From assembly GCA_020891255.1 (NCBI GenBank), contig BQFW01000001.1:62001-126000 (forward strand): DNA of 64,000 nucleotides, read 5' to 3'. The position numbers and the translations under genes were made by a program. Below the pieces are notes generated by a model. That model did not search any database, had not been told where the DNA came from, and saw only the letters and a program-made list of their open reading frames with translations. Each line of letters starts with the position of its first letter. Within the stretch, counting starts at the first letter, position 1. Positions 46,289-59,520 of the stretch are shown in pieces. The stretch is from Entomortierella parvispora E1425 (lineage: Eukaryota; Fungi; Mortierellomycota).

Positions 46289-48548
46289 ATGTCGACGTCC
46301 TTCCCTCCTGTCCTCTCCCCCAGACCTTCCAGGAACAGCCCCCGTCCACGCAAAAGTCAAAGACCGTCTCGTCTCCCTCAAGAGCCCCAGCCAGTGCTGC
46401 AGGAGGTGCTGCAGCAGGACAAAGACCAGCTGGACCCAACACCGTGGTGGTATCCCAGCGATAGTCAAGACCCGTCTGTAAAAGACACTCTTGACGACAC
46501 TCTTGATCCATTTTTTCAACAGTTCCAGTCGAACCAGCAACAACAGCAGCTGCACCGTGAGTTACCATCATCGCTCTTGGCCTTGTCCTCGCCCGCATCT
46601 TTACCCACGGCCGCTGCAAGACCTACCCGCCAAACTCAGCCGTCTTTCCAGTCTCAGTGGCAGCCCTCTGCTGTGCCGCTCCCCTTCCCGAACCCGCCGC
46701 CAGAGACGGATGACGAGGACGACGCAAGCTGGCTGGTTATTATTGTGTTGAGTACAGTTCTCATCATTACGATCGTATCCGTGATCCGGTCCTGTGGCCA
46801 AAAGGCCGGTTGGCTCACAGGCTCAGACGAGAATAGCAATGGAGGTGGAGGCAGTCGGGACCGAGGACGAGGCAACGCAGGGAGGAGAGGACCAGGAGGC
46901 GCCAATGGAGGCATGGGTTATTCTGGATCAGGGCCTCACCCAGTGCAACTCGAGGATGCTGCCACTGATTTCTACGAGACAGAGGAACGCCTGGCGCAAC
47001 TGACTGATACCCAGCGGCAAGCCTATGATGTCGCCAAGGGTAAGATACAACCAGGAGAAACGAAAAAAGAAAAAAAAAACGTGTCGATGGCCTAGAATGC
47101 CACTGGTACTCTTTGAATTTTTTTTCTCTTGTGTTTGTTATTGACTTTTTCCCCCTACATTTTCTTTTCCTTCTTGGCGCTGCCAGCATTCCAAATAGCG
47201 AACCCACCCAACAGCGTACCAACCGACATCTCGCTCTCACAGTATCTCTCCATTCAGGAAAAGGGTGTGTCCGCTTGGGAGTTTGAAGCCTCGTATGACC
47301 ACCAACTCTTTGTGCATGACCGGACAGAGCTTTCATTTTTTGATCGAGAGGCTTGCGTGCAGACAAACCTGCCCTTGCCCAAGCAGCAGGAGGTCTACTA
47401 CTGGGAAGTCAAGATGTTTGAAAAGAGCCCCCAGACCACTATCTCGATCGGAGTCTCCACAAAGCCTTACCCAACCTCCCGCCTGCCAGGTAAACTTTGT
47501 TTGTGATGCTTTTTGATCTACAACGGGCAGGGAAGAAAAGATGGCGCTAGTAGACCCAGTTTGTCCGCAACAACGGCCGCAACCATGGTTTACTGTCGTA
47601 TGACTGACGCTCCGTACTGTCTTCTTTTGTGATGATCATGTTTCTCCAGGATGGAATCGCTTCTCAGTGGGTTACTTTTCCCATAATGGCCAAAAGTACT
47701 GCAACTCTCCTTGGAGCGGATACCCCTATGGGCCGATCTACTTTGAAGGAGATGTGATTGGCTGTGGCTATAGACCCCGGAATGGCAACATTTTCTTTAC
47801 ACGGAATGGAAGGCGTATCGAGGATGCCTACACGGGCTTTGGTCGCACCAATCTGTTCCCGACCGTGGGCGCCACAGGTCCCTGTGTGCTCCATGTCAAT
47901 TTTGGACAATCTGGATTTGTTTTTGTAGAAGCCAACGTCAAAAAGTGGGGATTAGCCCCCGCGAGCGGATCTTTGGCCCCCCCACCAGCGTACGGAAGTG
48001 AATTGGGCTCCATTTTGCTAGAGGCCTCTGGATCCGCAGGACAGGCTCCAAATTCAAGGCTCCCAAGGTCCTTGTCGAATGGACTGGCAGGCGCAGGAGG
48101 AATGGTCGGAGCAGGAGTTGGAGCGTTGTTGAGAGCTAGTGGAAGGTCAGGAGCTTCCTCGACAGGGTCCTCAACACACTCTTCCAGGAGACCTATTCTT
48201 CAATCTTCTCAGTCAAGATCTCGTATTCAAGCAGCAGGAGCTCTTCAGAGTGAGGATGGCGCTGTCGATGACAATTCCCGATCCTCGCCAGTTCACATTT
48301 CCTTGGGCAACATGTCGGCGCCTCCACCCCACTACTCGAGCCTGGATCGTTATGGCAATGAAGTGACAGGGTCCTCCGGCTCTTTGCATAGACAAGAGTC
48401 TAGCGCAGGCAGCACAGAATCGGTGACGCTTTTGTTGGGCGACGCTGTGCCTGATGTGGAGGAAGAAGACGAAGAAGAGGATGAAGAGGCTGCAAGATCG
48501 CATAGTACGCCAGCTGCTACCGAAAACGGGACCAGACGGAGTAGATGA
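46289..48548 (+). CDS. SSH4: Ssh4/Ear1-like single-pass membrane SPRY-domain protein (Rsp5 adaptor family); 3 exons (46289-47039, 47187-47489, 47650-48548)
   Basis: TM segment WLVIIVLSTVLIITIVSVI, and a SPRY domain VQTNLPLPKQQEVYYWEVKM...GVSTKPYPTSRLPGWNRFSVGY...GDVIGCGYRPRNGNIFFTRNG...VNFGQSGFVFVEANVKKWGLAP. A PPAY and a PPHY motif are present. Confidence 0.87.
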
Positions 48549-48855
48549 GGGAAGGATAGCGCATCCAAGGTGAAAAATAAAAAAAAGATAAAAAGCGTCC
48601 ATCTTCTGGCCCCCAAAGTGCACATGGACATGAAGCACCTCTGCTCTGGACGGACTCGCCCCACAGATCGATCGGCTCGGAGTTGCATTGGCTGAAAGTG
48701 AAACGGAGTGTCTGTGCGCGACAACCAGACGAACGGCTGCTGACCGAGCTCTTTCCTCTTCTTCTTTCTCCAGTCTCTGCTCATTCCTCTTTTTCTTTTC
48801 TCTCCATCTCTTTTCCCCTCATCCTTTCCTTCAAAGACGCATTCATCGTTTTACA

Positions 48856-50062
48856 ATGTCCACCGAAAAGTCCAATCGCAAGCAAATTGCCAACCACAAC
48901 TACAGCAAGCGTGCCTACAAGGTCGACGGCTACAACAGCTTTGAAGAGTTTTACCCTTACTACCTCTCTGAGCACTGCAACACGATCAACCGCCGTCTGC
49001 ACCTCTTTTGTGAGTCGAACGATCTGTCAAGGGCGACGCTCATGACATTCTCGCCCTTTTTTTTTGTTTCCCTTTTCTCTTTTTGTTGTCCATCCGTCTC
49101 GTTCATCTTTCCTGTCTGTTTTGACGCGTCCGTTGGAGTCGACTGCATTCCTCTGCTTAAATTTGGACATCGGTGGACGTCAAGACTCTGTAGCACAGGG
49201 GGGCAACCAGGACACGAGATTTTTGACCTTCAGGCGCAGGGCCATTCAGTGGCAGAGGACCCACCCCCTCGACCTTTTTTCGTAATCAAAGAGGATTTCC
49301 GGCGCGGACCAAAATAACAATATTGGCAACCTAGCAGGATGGGAGGCCACTTTGAACATCAATGTCCCTCACTTTCTTCTCTTCCTCCCTCTCTCTGTCT
49401 CTCATTTTGTCCCAAGATGGAGGTTGTTTCCTCCTAAAAGATTTAGTTTTTATTTTGTTACTAATTTCTTTCCTTTTGTTTTTTTTGCATCCTCTTTCAC
49501 TTCATAATATAGCCACGACCAATGTCGTTGCCATCACCTTGTACTTGATCCTGACCAAGCAGCCAAAGTACTGGTGGGTGACGTTAATCCAGGGCTACGG
49601 ATTTGCCTGGATCGGTCATTTCATCTTTGAAAAGAACAAGCCTGCGACCTTCAAGCACCCCATCTACTCTGTATGTCATTTGTGTGTATTTTGTTTGTTA
49701 TTGTTTTTTGTCTAGAGTGACATGAATCCCCTCCCCCTTCGTTTTTTCATCCTGGGGAATTTCCTCCGCGTGTGTTTTTTTTTCATTCTTACATCAATTA
49801 TCCATGACATCCTAACCCCTATGAATTTGTTTTCGCTCTTCCTTCTTTATTTTTCCGCTGTAGCTGATGGGCGACTGGAAGATGTGGTTTGAAGGTAAGG
49901 ATAACCGCCCTCCCCCATTCAAGCCTGAAGTGCCTTGTCCGCCGAAAACTATTCTTGCCTCCCACTTTTGCAAGACACAGAGAAAAAACACTGACATATC
50001 GATCTCGTCTCTTTCTACCCTTTCTTCTATTTCTAGTGGTCACTGGACAGCGCAAATTCTAA
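48856..50062 (+). CDS. DUF962 / Mpo1-like small membrane protein; 4 exons (48856-49009, 49513-49670, 49864-49894, 50037-50062)
   Basis: SFEEFYPYYLSEH....NRRLH...GYGFAWIGHFIFEKNKPATFKHPIYSLMGDWKMW, the DUF962 signature. All splice phases are consistent. Confidence 0.88.
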
Positions 50063-50506
50063 GAATCTTTCACGATCCCCGTCCTCCTTTCAAATGAATA
50101 CCAAAAAAAAAAAAAAGAGAGAAAATGAAAAAACGTCTTTTTCGTATGCCCTGAAATGTTCATTTTTGCAATTCTCCAACTCTGTCAGGCTCATCGACCT
50201 CACTTCCTGATATCCAGATACCTTGCTACATTCTCCAATAGCAGCAGACAGGGGAGCCTGTGTTTGTTGGGTGTTTACCGACCATTCTTAATAAAATAAC
50301 AAGTTCTCTTCAATGCCGATTTTTTTTTCTTTTTTTTTATATATACGAGCTGTTCTATCGTTATTTTTCTATTTACAAAAATTGCGGACGGATGGAAAAT
50401 CAAAGGGTAGGGAGAGTATTAAAACAGACGCCTCCCCGGTATATCGAACTGAAGGTCGGAGGGAGAGAACAAAAAAGAGACCATTTTGACAGTCTTTCAA
50501 ATCTCT

Positions 50507-52359
50507 CTAGTTCTTGTAGGTCCAGACCGAGGTACCATCAGCCTGGAGAACGGGGTGCTCGGAGCGGTGGTACAAGTTGCGGGCACGGATATAGGGGTCC
50601 AACTTGAAGTAAGCGACTCTCAACTCCTTGGTCAAGGCCAAACGCTCAGCCTCGATCACCTCCTCGGCACGAGCACCCTCAGTCTTTTTGCAGGCGATCC
50701 ACTCGCGGGTCAAGGCCTCAAACTTCCACATGATGGCCTTCCACTCCTCCAAAAGACGCTCCTTGGTCTCGGTATCCTTCATGCGGTCGTTCTCACCAGC
50801 GACCACGGGCAAGTACTGGTAAGCGTACTGGTCACGACCACCATCGTACTTGGTGGGCAAGTGGTCAGCATCAATGATCTCGGTCAACTCCTTGTCCGTG
50901 CGGGTGAAGCGGATCTTGGAGGCGACGACGGGGTCCAGCCAGGGCTCAATGATCTTCCACACTCCCCAGAACACGAAGGGAGCCTTGTGAATGACCAAGA
51001 CTCCGAGGGACTCGGGGTAGTAGGCTTCGAAGCACTGAACCAAGAACTTGACAAAGCTGTTGTGTTTTAAGGGCGCAAGAGTAGAAACATCGTTAGCGAT
51101 TTGAAAAGATGAAACAAAGAGATAACCCATAAATGAATAAAAGACGTTACCCATAGTCCATGTTGGAAAGACCGAATCCAGTCATATCAAAGATCAAGCA
51201 GGCAGTCTCGACAGGGGGCTGGATCATCAAGCGACCAGTCTCCATGACGTAGATGGTGAACTTTTCCAAAGCCTTGGGGTCCTGATCAGCGGGCTTGTGA
51301 AGGCGGACGTTGATGTAGCTAATAGAGAAAGAGAAAAGAACCGGTTAGACAACATGTCTACATAGAGAATAGCCACCACAGCCCTTGCCGACCACTTTTT
51401 TTTCCTGTAATATGCAGCTGAGCGTCATCCACCGGCATTGCCTCTGCGCAAAGGCTCAACTAATGTTACATGTTCCTGCAAAAGAACAGTCGTCTCCGCC
51501 TCCTCCTGGCCCATTACACCATCGATTAAAAAGAGATTAAAAAGAGAGAGAGAGGGATGCTTACACAACGGGACGTCCAAGCTTGTCGGTGCCGTGAACA
51601 TAGGACTTGCCCATCTCCATCTGGAGACGGAAACCACGGTACTTGGCATCAAGCTCATCCTCGCTCTTGGACTTGACCTCCTCAATGTCATCCTCCAAAC
51701 GCCACTTGAAGGCCTTGAGGATCATGTTCATGCCGTTCGTCACGTTCCACTTGCGAGCTCTCAAGAAGCGCAACAAGAGCGAGTCTACAAAGGAAAGCAA
51801 GGCGAAAAAAAGTGGCCACATCTGTTAGTGCTGGTCATTCTTTTTTTTCTTCTTCTTTGGCCCTCAATTTAACTGTTGCCCCTGGAAAATATCCAATTGT
51901 CCAATGACACTGTCGTCTTTGACTCCTCTTATTTTTTTTTTTGAATGTCGATGCCAACAAAAAAAAAAAAAAAAAAGTCAGGCGAGCAAAAGGAGCAACA
52001 AACTTACCAGGGTGATCACCCAGGATGTTGTTCCAGAGGGCAGGGCGAAGCTGATCGACCGAGAGACCAATGTCAGCAAGGTTGACACGGGTGGAGGCCT
52101 GCTCAACAACGACGGTGGTGGTGGTGGTCTCCTTCTTGGAACCGAACCAACCCTTCTTGGTGGTGGTCTTGGACTTGATGGATGCAGTCTCGACAGCAGC
52201 ATTGGCGGCGGGGAGAAGGTCGTTGGGGACATTGAGGGCACCGGAATCGGCAATTTGGAAGATCTCGGCCCACATCTCCTTGAGGAGCTCCTTCTGGTCA
52301 GGGGTCAGTTTGCCGACGAGGCCGGTGCCGGGAGGGGTGGGGATGTCAGTCTTTGCCAT
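50507..52359 (-). CDS. CSR1: second CRAL-TRIO Csr1/Sfh2-like phosphatidylinositol transfer protein; 4 exons
   Basis: MAKTDIPTPPGTG..., DHPDSLLLRFLRARKW, HGTDKLGRP, FDMTGFGLSNMD, FEAYYPESLG, PWLDPVVASKI. Clearly paralogous to 1388-2825. Confidence 0.9.
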
Positions 52360-54537
52360 GATGGAATGGGAGGGATGAAGATGGGGTGGAAGAGAAGAAG
52401 AGAAGGGATGGAGAGGGAAGGGGATGGAATGAAAGAGGAGGAAGGAGAGAGAGGAATGAAGACTCGATGGAACGGTGATGCAGAAGAAAAGAAAAGAAGA
52501 AAAAGTGGAAAGAACCAAGGTCTTATTTAAAGGGAAAAGGGAAAAGGGTCCATCCATTGGCCAATGGGTCTGTCTCTTTCCTTTCTTCTTTTCTTCTTCG
52601 TCTCGGTTTGAACGGGTGGATCTTGACTGACCGACTGACTTGACTGGCACTTGAAAGAACAAAAGAAAGAAAGAGCCTTCCTCTTTTGCGCCGGTTGCTG
52701 GGATCCAAGGCCTGTGCAACGAGCGTTTATTATTGTGGTTACAACGCCCGTTTTGTGTGTGTTTGAATGAATGTGAATGTGCGTGCCTCTCCTCTGTTCC
52801 TGTTGCTGCTGATGATGTGGATGCTGTTGCTCTTCTCTTCAAGGCAGTGGCAGAGTGGACAGGCACGTCGATCGCATGTGCTTCTCTCTCTTTCTCTCTA
52901 TCCACCTTCACTCTGAAACGACCTAACGACAGCTCTTCAGTGGATACCTTGCAGGATCGTGTGCTATCAGCCCTTGGTCGTTGTTGCTTCCCTTGGGCCA
53001 ACAGTCAAGGCACAGACAGACACGCGCGTGCACGAGTCAACCGCCTCTTTCTCTCTCTCATTCATGATAATATCATTCATACCATTCACCCTCCATTGAT
53101 TTCATTTGCCCTTGGTCTACTGCTGTTCTCGATCATCACCGTTACGATGTGCTTACTTACTCTTTCCTCATGGTCCCTTTCGTCTATCCCCTTGTTCATA
53201 GACACACATTGCACATTCATTACACCCACCCCACACAGAACATCGATCGGAAACCGAAAAAACTGTGAATCTTCTCCACAATCCAGTCGACCAGTTTAAG
53301 TCGCTCGCTCTGTTCAAGTCACTTTAAGCAGACAGGGTCCCCCAGGGGATGAAATGCACGCAATCGAAATGAATCTCTCTTTGTCTGTTGTTCTTGTGGA
53401 GAACGGTTGCGTTTTTGGGGTGAGGATCTTTCTTGGACCCAAAAAAAAAAGTCGATTCTTTCTCCTCCCATCCAATTCATCCTTGTTCTTCTTCTTTCCT
53501 TCAAGTGTCCACATCATGCGGAAATGAAGCTACCGTCGTCGCTTGACACGCCGCCATTCTTATTTTTCTGCCTCTCTCATATGATAGCCCAAAAGAGTAC
53601 ACCACTACCTGCAAGAAGGTATCGTTCTTTTTCGCCCCGATTCTTCCTTCATTTTTTTCTCTTTTCCCCGTGAAGGCACTGGGCACCAGTGTGGCCATAA
53701 AGGCATAAAGTCAAAAAAAAAAAAAAAAAAAAAATGAGAGCCATCCGTTCAAAAAACTGAAAAAGAGAGTTTCTCTCACAAGGTCATCTTCCTTCCTCCC
53801 CCTACCTCTCCACTTCTCCTTCTGTCTCCTCCACTGCTCTTCTCACCTGCCGCCCCACGCCCCCCAGCCCCAGCTCTCTATCTCTTCGCCCGTGCCAGGC
53901 AGCCACGCACGAGCCGAAGAAGAACCAAAGTCTATTGCCGAAATTTAACAGGAAACTCGTTTTTTTGGTTCTTCCTCCCCTCTCTCCAGCCGAAGTAGCT
54001 GAGTTTGTGAAAATTCACAGGAATGTTCAAGACCGCCACTAATTGTCCTACTGGCCTCTATCGCGGTTCGATGTGCACATGTCCAAACAATAATATCGTT
54101 CATTATTGTTGTCTGTCCTCTTCTCCCCTTCCCTCATGTCCCTCCCTCTTCAAACATGTACAGTCGCACAAAAAAAAAAAAAAGCTCGAAGCACGAATAG
54201 ATGCAATGCCCGACAAGAAAACCGTTGATTTTTGCGACTTTTTTTTCTTCTTTTAACAAAAAAAAAGGGCAGGGCCCTTTTCTTTTCTGTGGGCTGACTA
54301 CAATTACTGCCGGCTCACGCTTTCCTACCACCGTCGTCTTCATCAAAGACCGGCAGGAGGAAAAAAGGTAGAGAAAGGAATAATAATAAAAAAAACAAAA
54401 AAAACAAAAACTCGAAAGATAAATAAACGGATGGTAAAGTGGGGCAAGGGGGGTATCTATCGTCCAGGGAGAGGCATAGAGGCCAATGGATCCCCCAAGG
54501 CTGTCCTAGAAGGGGAGGTTGCCAAGGAAGAGATGGT

Positions 54538-56370
54538 CTAGGTCGAAGAGGCGACCGACATAGTGGATCCTTTCGACCCTATCTTTGGATCCAAGATCGC
54601 GACTGACGTCGATTCGAATAATACCGTCACTTGTTGTTGTTGCTGTTGTGGGCCGCTTGATGCGGTCACACCTGATCCTGAGGCTTTTGTCCTAGGAGGA
54701 CTCGAGGGTATCGACAAAGGCACCGAAGGCAAGGCCTTTTGTTGGTTGGCAATAGTGCTGCTCGATCGGGCAGGGACCATCGAGGACGCTCCTCCCTTGG
54801 CGAGACCCCGTTGTTGCAAAGAAGGAGGCGAGGACGCCAACAGCTCATGCAGAGGAAGCAAATCATCATCATCAGCCTCATCCTCTTCCTCCTCACTCTG
54901 CTGGTTGTTGTTTTTGACGCCATTGTTCACCAACGGGGCCGAGCTGGAGCCGCGCAGAGACTTTGTCAGAGAGGAAATGGACGACTTTTTCTTGTGCCTG
55001 GACGACGAGGATGAAATGGGGACAAAAGTCGACGTCGATTTGGGGGACATGGGCGACAAGGAAGGCGACAAAACGGACGACTCTGTCCTGGCCGGGGATG
55101 CGAGCGGCTGCGACTGCGGCTGGATCTTCTTTTGTAATTTGGCTGGCAGTTGAGCACGCTGGTTATGGTATTGTTGCTGTCGAGGGACAATCACACCCAT
55201 GAGCTGGGCCACATTGTTGCTAGGGGCTGGTGTTCCTGTGGCAGTGGGTGATGTGGCGGCGGCGGTAGCGGCTGCTCCTGTTGCTGCCGGGGATGTAACG
55301 TTGAGATCTTTGAAATCCGTCGTCATCAACGCGGTTGGCTGCTCAAAGTTATACGTCTGACGTGCCAGCTGTTGCTGCTGTTGTCTATGATGCTGCTGCA
55401 GAAGCGACTCTTCTCGGACCTTGACCTCATTCAAGGGTGCATTCGAGGATGCCGAGCGGGCCCGTGGGACTCGCAAGGGCTGTTGAGCCGAATGCTGAAG
55501 TTGCTAAACAGGTAGGGATGGCGACAAAAAAGAAGAATAAGAGAACAGAAATAGCGATTAGAAACTCCATGTCTCTTGGTGTTCACGGAACAGAGGGATG
55601 GGAAGACGATCATGATTTTTTTTGTTTTTGTTTTTCTGCTGCTGCACCTGGGCTGAAAAGAGACCCGAATGGGTGCTGCTTGTGGCAGCCCTCTGATGGA
55701 GCGCAGGATGGTTTCGATCGTTGAGAGACATGGACCTTCGAAGACTTACTCCTCCCTCATCTAAAAAGAAAGAAAAAGGGGGAAAAAATTCGGGCGAAAA
55801 ACGGTGGCAAAAGATAATAGAGTAAAAAAACAGAGGTCAGACGGCTGATTGCATGGATGGCGTGTAGAGACATGGGCGCAACCAGAGAAAGAGAAGGATG
55901 GAAAGGATGCTTTTCGGCCCAAACAAGTCACCTTTCCCTATTTTTTTTTCTCTCTCTTTCTCCCATTTTACTCTGATCTGCTTAATGGTCAGCCCCCTCA
56001 GCAGGGAATACTCGATTTAATTAGACACAGAGAGAAATTAGATATATGAGAGGCAGAGTGAAAAGAAGAGCAAGAGAGTAGGAACTCGACAAGCACGAAA
56101 AAAAGGTGGAATGATAAAGGAAGGGTGACAAAATTGGCTCGGAGAGAGTCCAACAAATGGTGTATAAGGATATAAGGATGGAAGGACGAGTATGTTCAGA
56201 GTACGGCCTGAAAGAGAAAAAGAGCACAGAGGAGAATCCGGAATGAAAAGTAGGAGTGAATGAGAGAGGAGCTTGCACCCTCTACCTTGAGGGTCACTGT
56301 CAAGTTCCGCCATGGCACTTCGTGGTACAACAAGAGAGCCAGCCGTTACTTGTTCTTCCTCAATTAACAT
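54538..56370 (-). CDS. low-complexity Ser/Gln/Pro-rich hypothetical protein (~387 aa); 3 exons (56370-56286, 55760-55648, 55503-54538)
   Basis: Three phase-consistent exons, one using a weak GTGCAG donor, with a 322-codon last exon. No recognisable domain. Confidence 0.5.
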
Positions 56371-56544
56371 AGGCGTGCTGCCTCACCGTAGCACCGTCGT
56401 GTGCTGGTGAGGTTGGAAGAAAGTGGATGAAAACAAAAGTGAGGGACAAAAGGAACAAGAAGGAAGGACGGAGGTGTGGCGGAATCGTGCATGTGGGTAG
56501 ATGTGGATTGCCTCTTCCTTATTTTTTCTTTCGTTTCTTCCTTT

Positions 56545-59520
56545 CTATCGTCGAAGATCCATGACTCCCCTGCTGCTCTCACCTTCGATTCGGCCGCCGG
56601 GGGTTCCAGGGGATACGGGTGTCGTGCCCGAGGCCTCAACCATTCCTCCCTTTATCACACCCTCCCCTGAGAGTCCTCCTCCTCTGCTCGTCCCTGGGCT
56701 AGTAGCTGTTGGTGTCGAGGTGCCAGAGGCCGAGCTGTTGGTCATGTTGTTTTGCTTGACTCGGTTCATCATCACCTCTCGGTACTTGTCCGTTCTCGTG
56801 AACTTTGGTACAGAGTCCGTCGACATCAGTCGGAAGATGTGGTCATGGATGCCATCGAACAACGAGATATGGATGAGCTCCTTCTGATGACCGAGACCAT
56901 TCATCGATCGCTCGCTGTCGCTCATTTCTGCAGAGGTCGAGGATGGAGAGCCAGGGACAGAGCTGGTACCGGCTGTGGTCTGGTTCGTGGGTGCAGACTG
57001 GTTAGTGTCCATGTTCCGCACTACCGCTTGCATATAGGCTGTAATGTCTTGGCGCATCTGATGAGGCAGATTGACTTCTTTGGAGGCCCCGGAAGCCAGG
57101 TAGGTCTCGTAGATAGAAAAGGCCTGCATGCAGATCTTCTTTTCTAGCTCGCGGAGAGCTGGAGGATGGACCTGCTGCTGTTGGGGCAGCGAGGGATCTT
57201 GCTGGGTATAGGTACGGGTCGAGTTGATCAATGTCACAAACTTGGCCCTGTAATCCAAGACCTCGAGGTAAAAGGACAAGTTTTCCTCGCAAATGTTTTG
57301 ACGCAAAAAGCTCTTGAAAAGATCTCTAAGAGTCGCGTTCGCCAGAATGATGTTCAGCCGAGTCGTGTTTGAGGTCAAGGACTGGGAAGACGAGTTCATG
57401 ACCGACGAAGACGACGTGGGTCCAGAACCACCAGTAGACTCTCGACCTCCAGAGGAGGAGGACGCGTAGTTGGACATTCCACCCATGCCTCCGGTAACAC
57501 TTCCAGGCCCAGACTCTGAAAGCGCCGCCAATTGGAAAGCTGGATCATTCAGAATTTGGGACAATCGTCGAGCTGAGCCCTTGCCGTTATTACTAGGGAG
57601 CTCCTCGTATGGACTACTGCTGTTGTTACTATTGCCATTTTCTTCAGCCCCAGGGACAACTGCTTGTTCCCTGGCAACAGAGATGGGTAGCCTGGGTAAC
57701 GTGCTGGCGATCAGTCTGAATTGAGCCGACAGGTTCTTGATATCAGCATGGTTGTGCTGTGACTTTGATCCGCCAGACGTTCCACGCTCTAGCGCATCGA
57801 AAATAGAAACTAAATTAGTGAGTGTGGTGTTGAAAGAGGGAGAGGGAGAAAACGGGGAAGGCGTCATGGTCCACGTTGTTCATTTGATCATCAGTATTCC
57901 ACAGCTGTTGCAAAGAGATAAAAAAAACCCCCACACTCGACTCCATTTCATTCTTTTTACCTTCCATCCAGTCATTATTGATGCTGCTGCCACTACTAGA
58001 AACCAAGCTCTTCCAGCCTGCCTGTGCTCGTCCGAGCTCTGTAAGGTGATAGAGCGCCGAGTTTCCAGTCTTGAAGAGCGACCGGCCACCAGTATTTTCC
58101 TCGCCCACTTGCTCAATATAGCCACCAGTCACCATCTCCTGGGCAATGCAAATGGCCTCCTCTTTGCTAATCACAGTTGAATAGTCCATCAGCCATTCCA
58201 CAGCAGCCTTGCCATAGAATGTGTGTTTGTAGATGTCGTAATTGTGCTGCTGGTCCTTGACCTCAATGCCGTTGCACAGATCTGGAACAGAGTGAGTGCG
58301 ATCTCGACCGCCGGGGCTAGAGGCGCTCAATGGGGACTCGCTCCCAGGTGATCCAACCTTGGCCACATTTGGTTCTGGCCCCGCGAATCGTTTAAAGAGG
58401 ATCTCCATTTGTTTTTGGCTCAAGATGATGGCATCCTCGTCTTCAGCACGGTCCAAATAGACAAGATGAGCGGTGGCGTTGGCAGTGATGTGTCGGGTTT
58501 CATCCACGGGAAGAGCGTTCCGATGGACAAACTTAGCCAAGATATGGGCTCCCTTGCCAGTCACTTGATAAATGCCCTTGTTTTGGAACTCGCGTTTGTT
58601 GGGATCCGAGGCACTCTCAAACAGACGCGCGTCCATGAAGGTCTGGCAAAGGTTCTTGGCCATGTCCCTCGATAGCGAAAACTGGGTCGTGACGACATGG
58701 GTGATGATTCGGGTCGGGTCCATGGGGTCAGCATCACGGTTGGACTGAATAAATTGGAGTCCTCCCAAATTGGCGATGGCCTCCTCAGCTGTGAAGCTGT
58801 TGGGGTAGTTCTTAAACAGGATCTTGTGGTTCTCGATAGGCAAGGAGACCATCAGAGTCGAGAACAGATCAAAGATGCCCTATCAAGGGAGAATAAAAAA
58901 TAGGTTGAGTACAAGATGGTCTTTGTTGATCCGAGCGTTAAATTGCATGTCGCACACGACATGCTGGCGGTGGGGGCGCGCTCTTTCTGCCATTTGGGAC
59001 CTCTGACCATAAAACACGAGAAACCCATTTTTTTTGCCTTGGTCTCCCAAAAGAAAGGCATCTTGAGCACGATTCATGCAGGAGAAGTGCAGCTCGGAAA
59101 ATAGTCTCACGCAAAGATCAACAACGGTACTGGCCTGGGCCTCAAAGATCACTGCCATTATCTTGCTCTTTTCAACGGTGGGAAGAATTAAAAAAAGAAG
59201 GTCCATCGGCGTAATATAAAAAAAATAGATAACAAAGCTTGCAGACTCAAACGAGTCAGGGGTCGAGCAAGATATGCATCTTCAAAAGGGGTCGCTAAAG
59301 TAACCACCCAAGGGTCGCCCAAAAAAAAAAAAAAAAAAAAAAAAAAGAGAGAGAGAGCAAGAGAGAAGAGATTGCCGGAGATGAAGGGGAAGGGTCCGAT
59401 GAGAGGAAAATAAAGGAAAAGAGGGAGAGAGGAGGTAGAGTGATGGTGTGCTGCGTATGATGATCATCCAAGAGTCAGCCTCACCTTTGCAAAGGCACGT
59501 CCTGAAGTGGTAGTTCTCAT
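56545..59520 (-). CDS. regulator of G-protein signalling with two DEP domains and an RGS domain (Sst2/FlbA-like); 3 exons
   Basis: MRTTTSGRAFAK|GIFDLFSTLMVSLPIENH...NSFTAEEAI (FlbA/Sst2-type N-terminus). The second DEP reads TFYGKAAVEWLMD and the RGS box reads LRDLFKSFLRQNICEENLSFYLEV...IYETYLASGASKEVNL...MSTDSVPKF. Confidence 0.9.
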
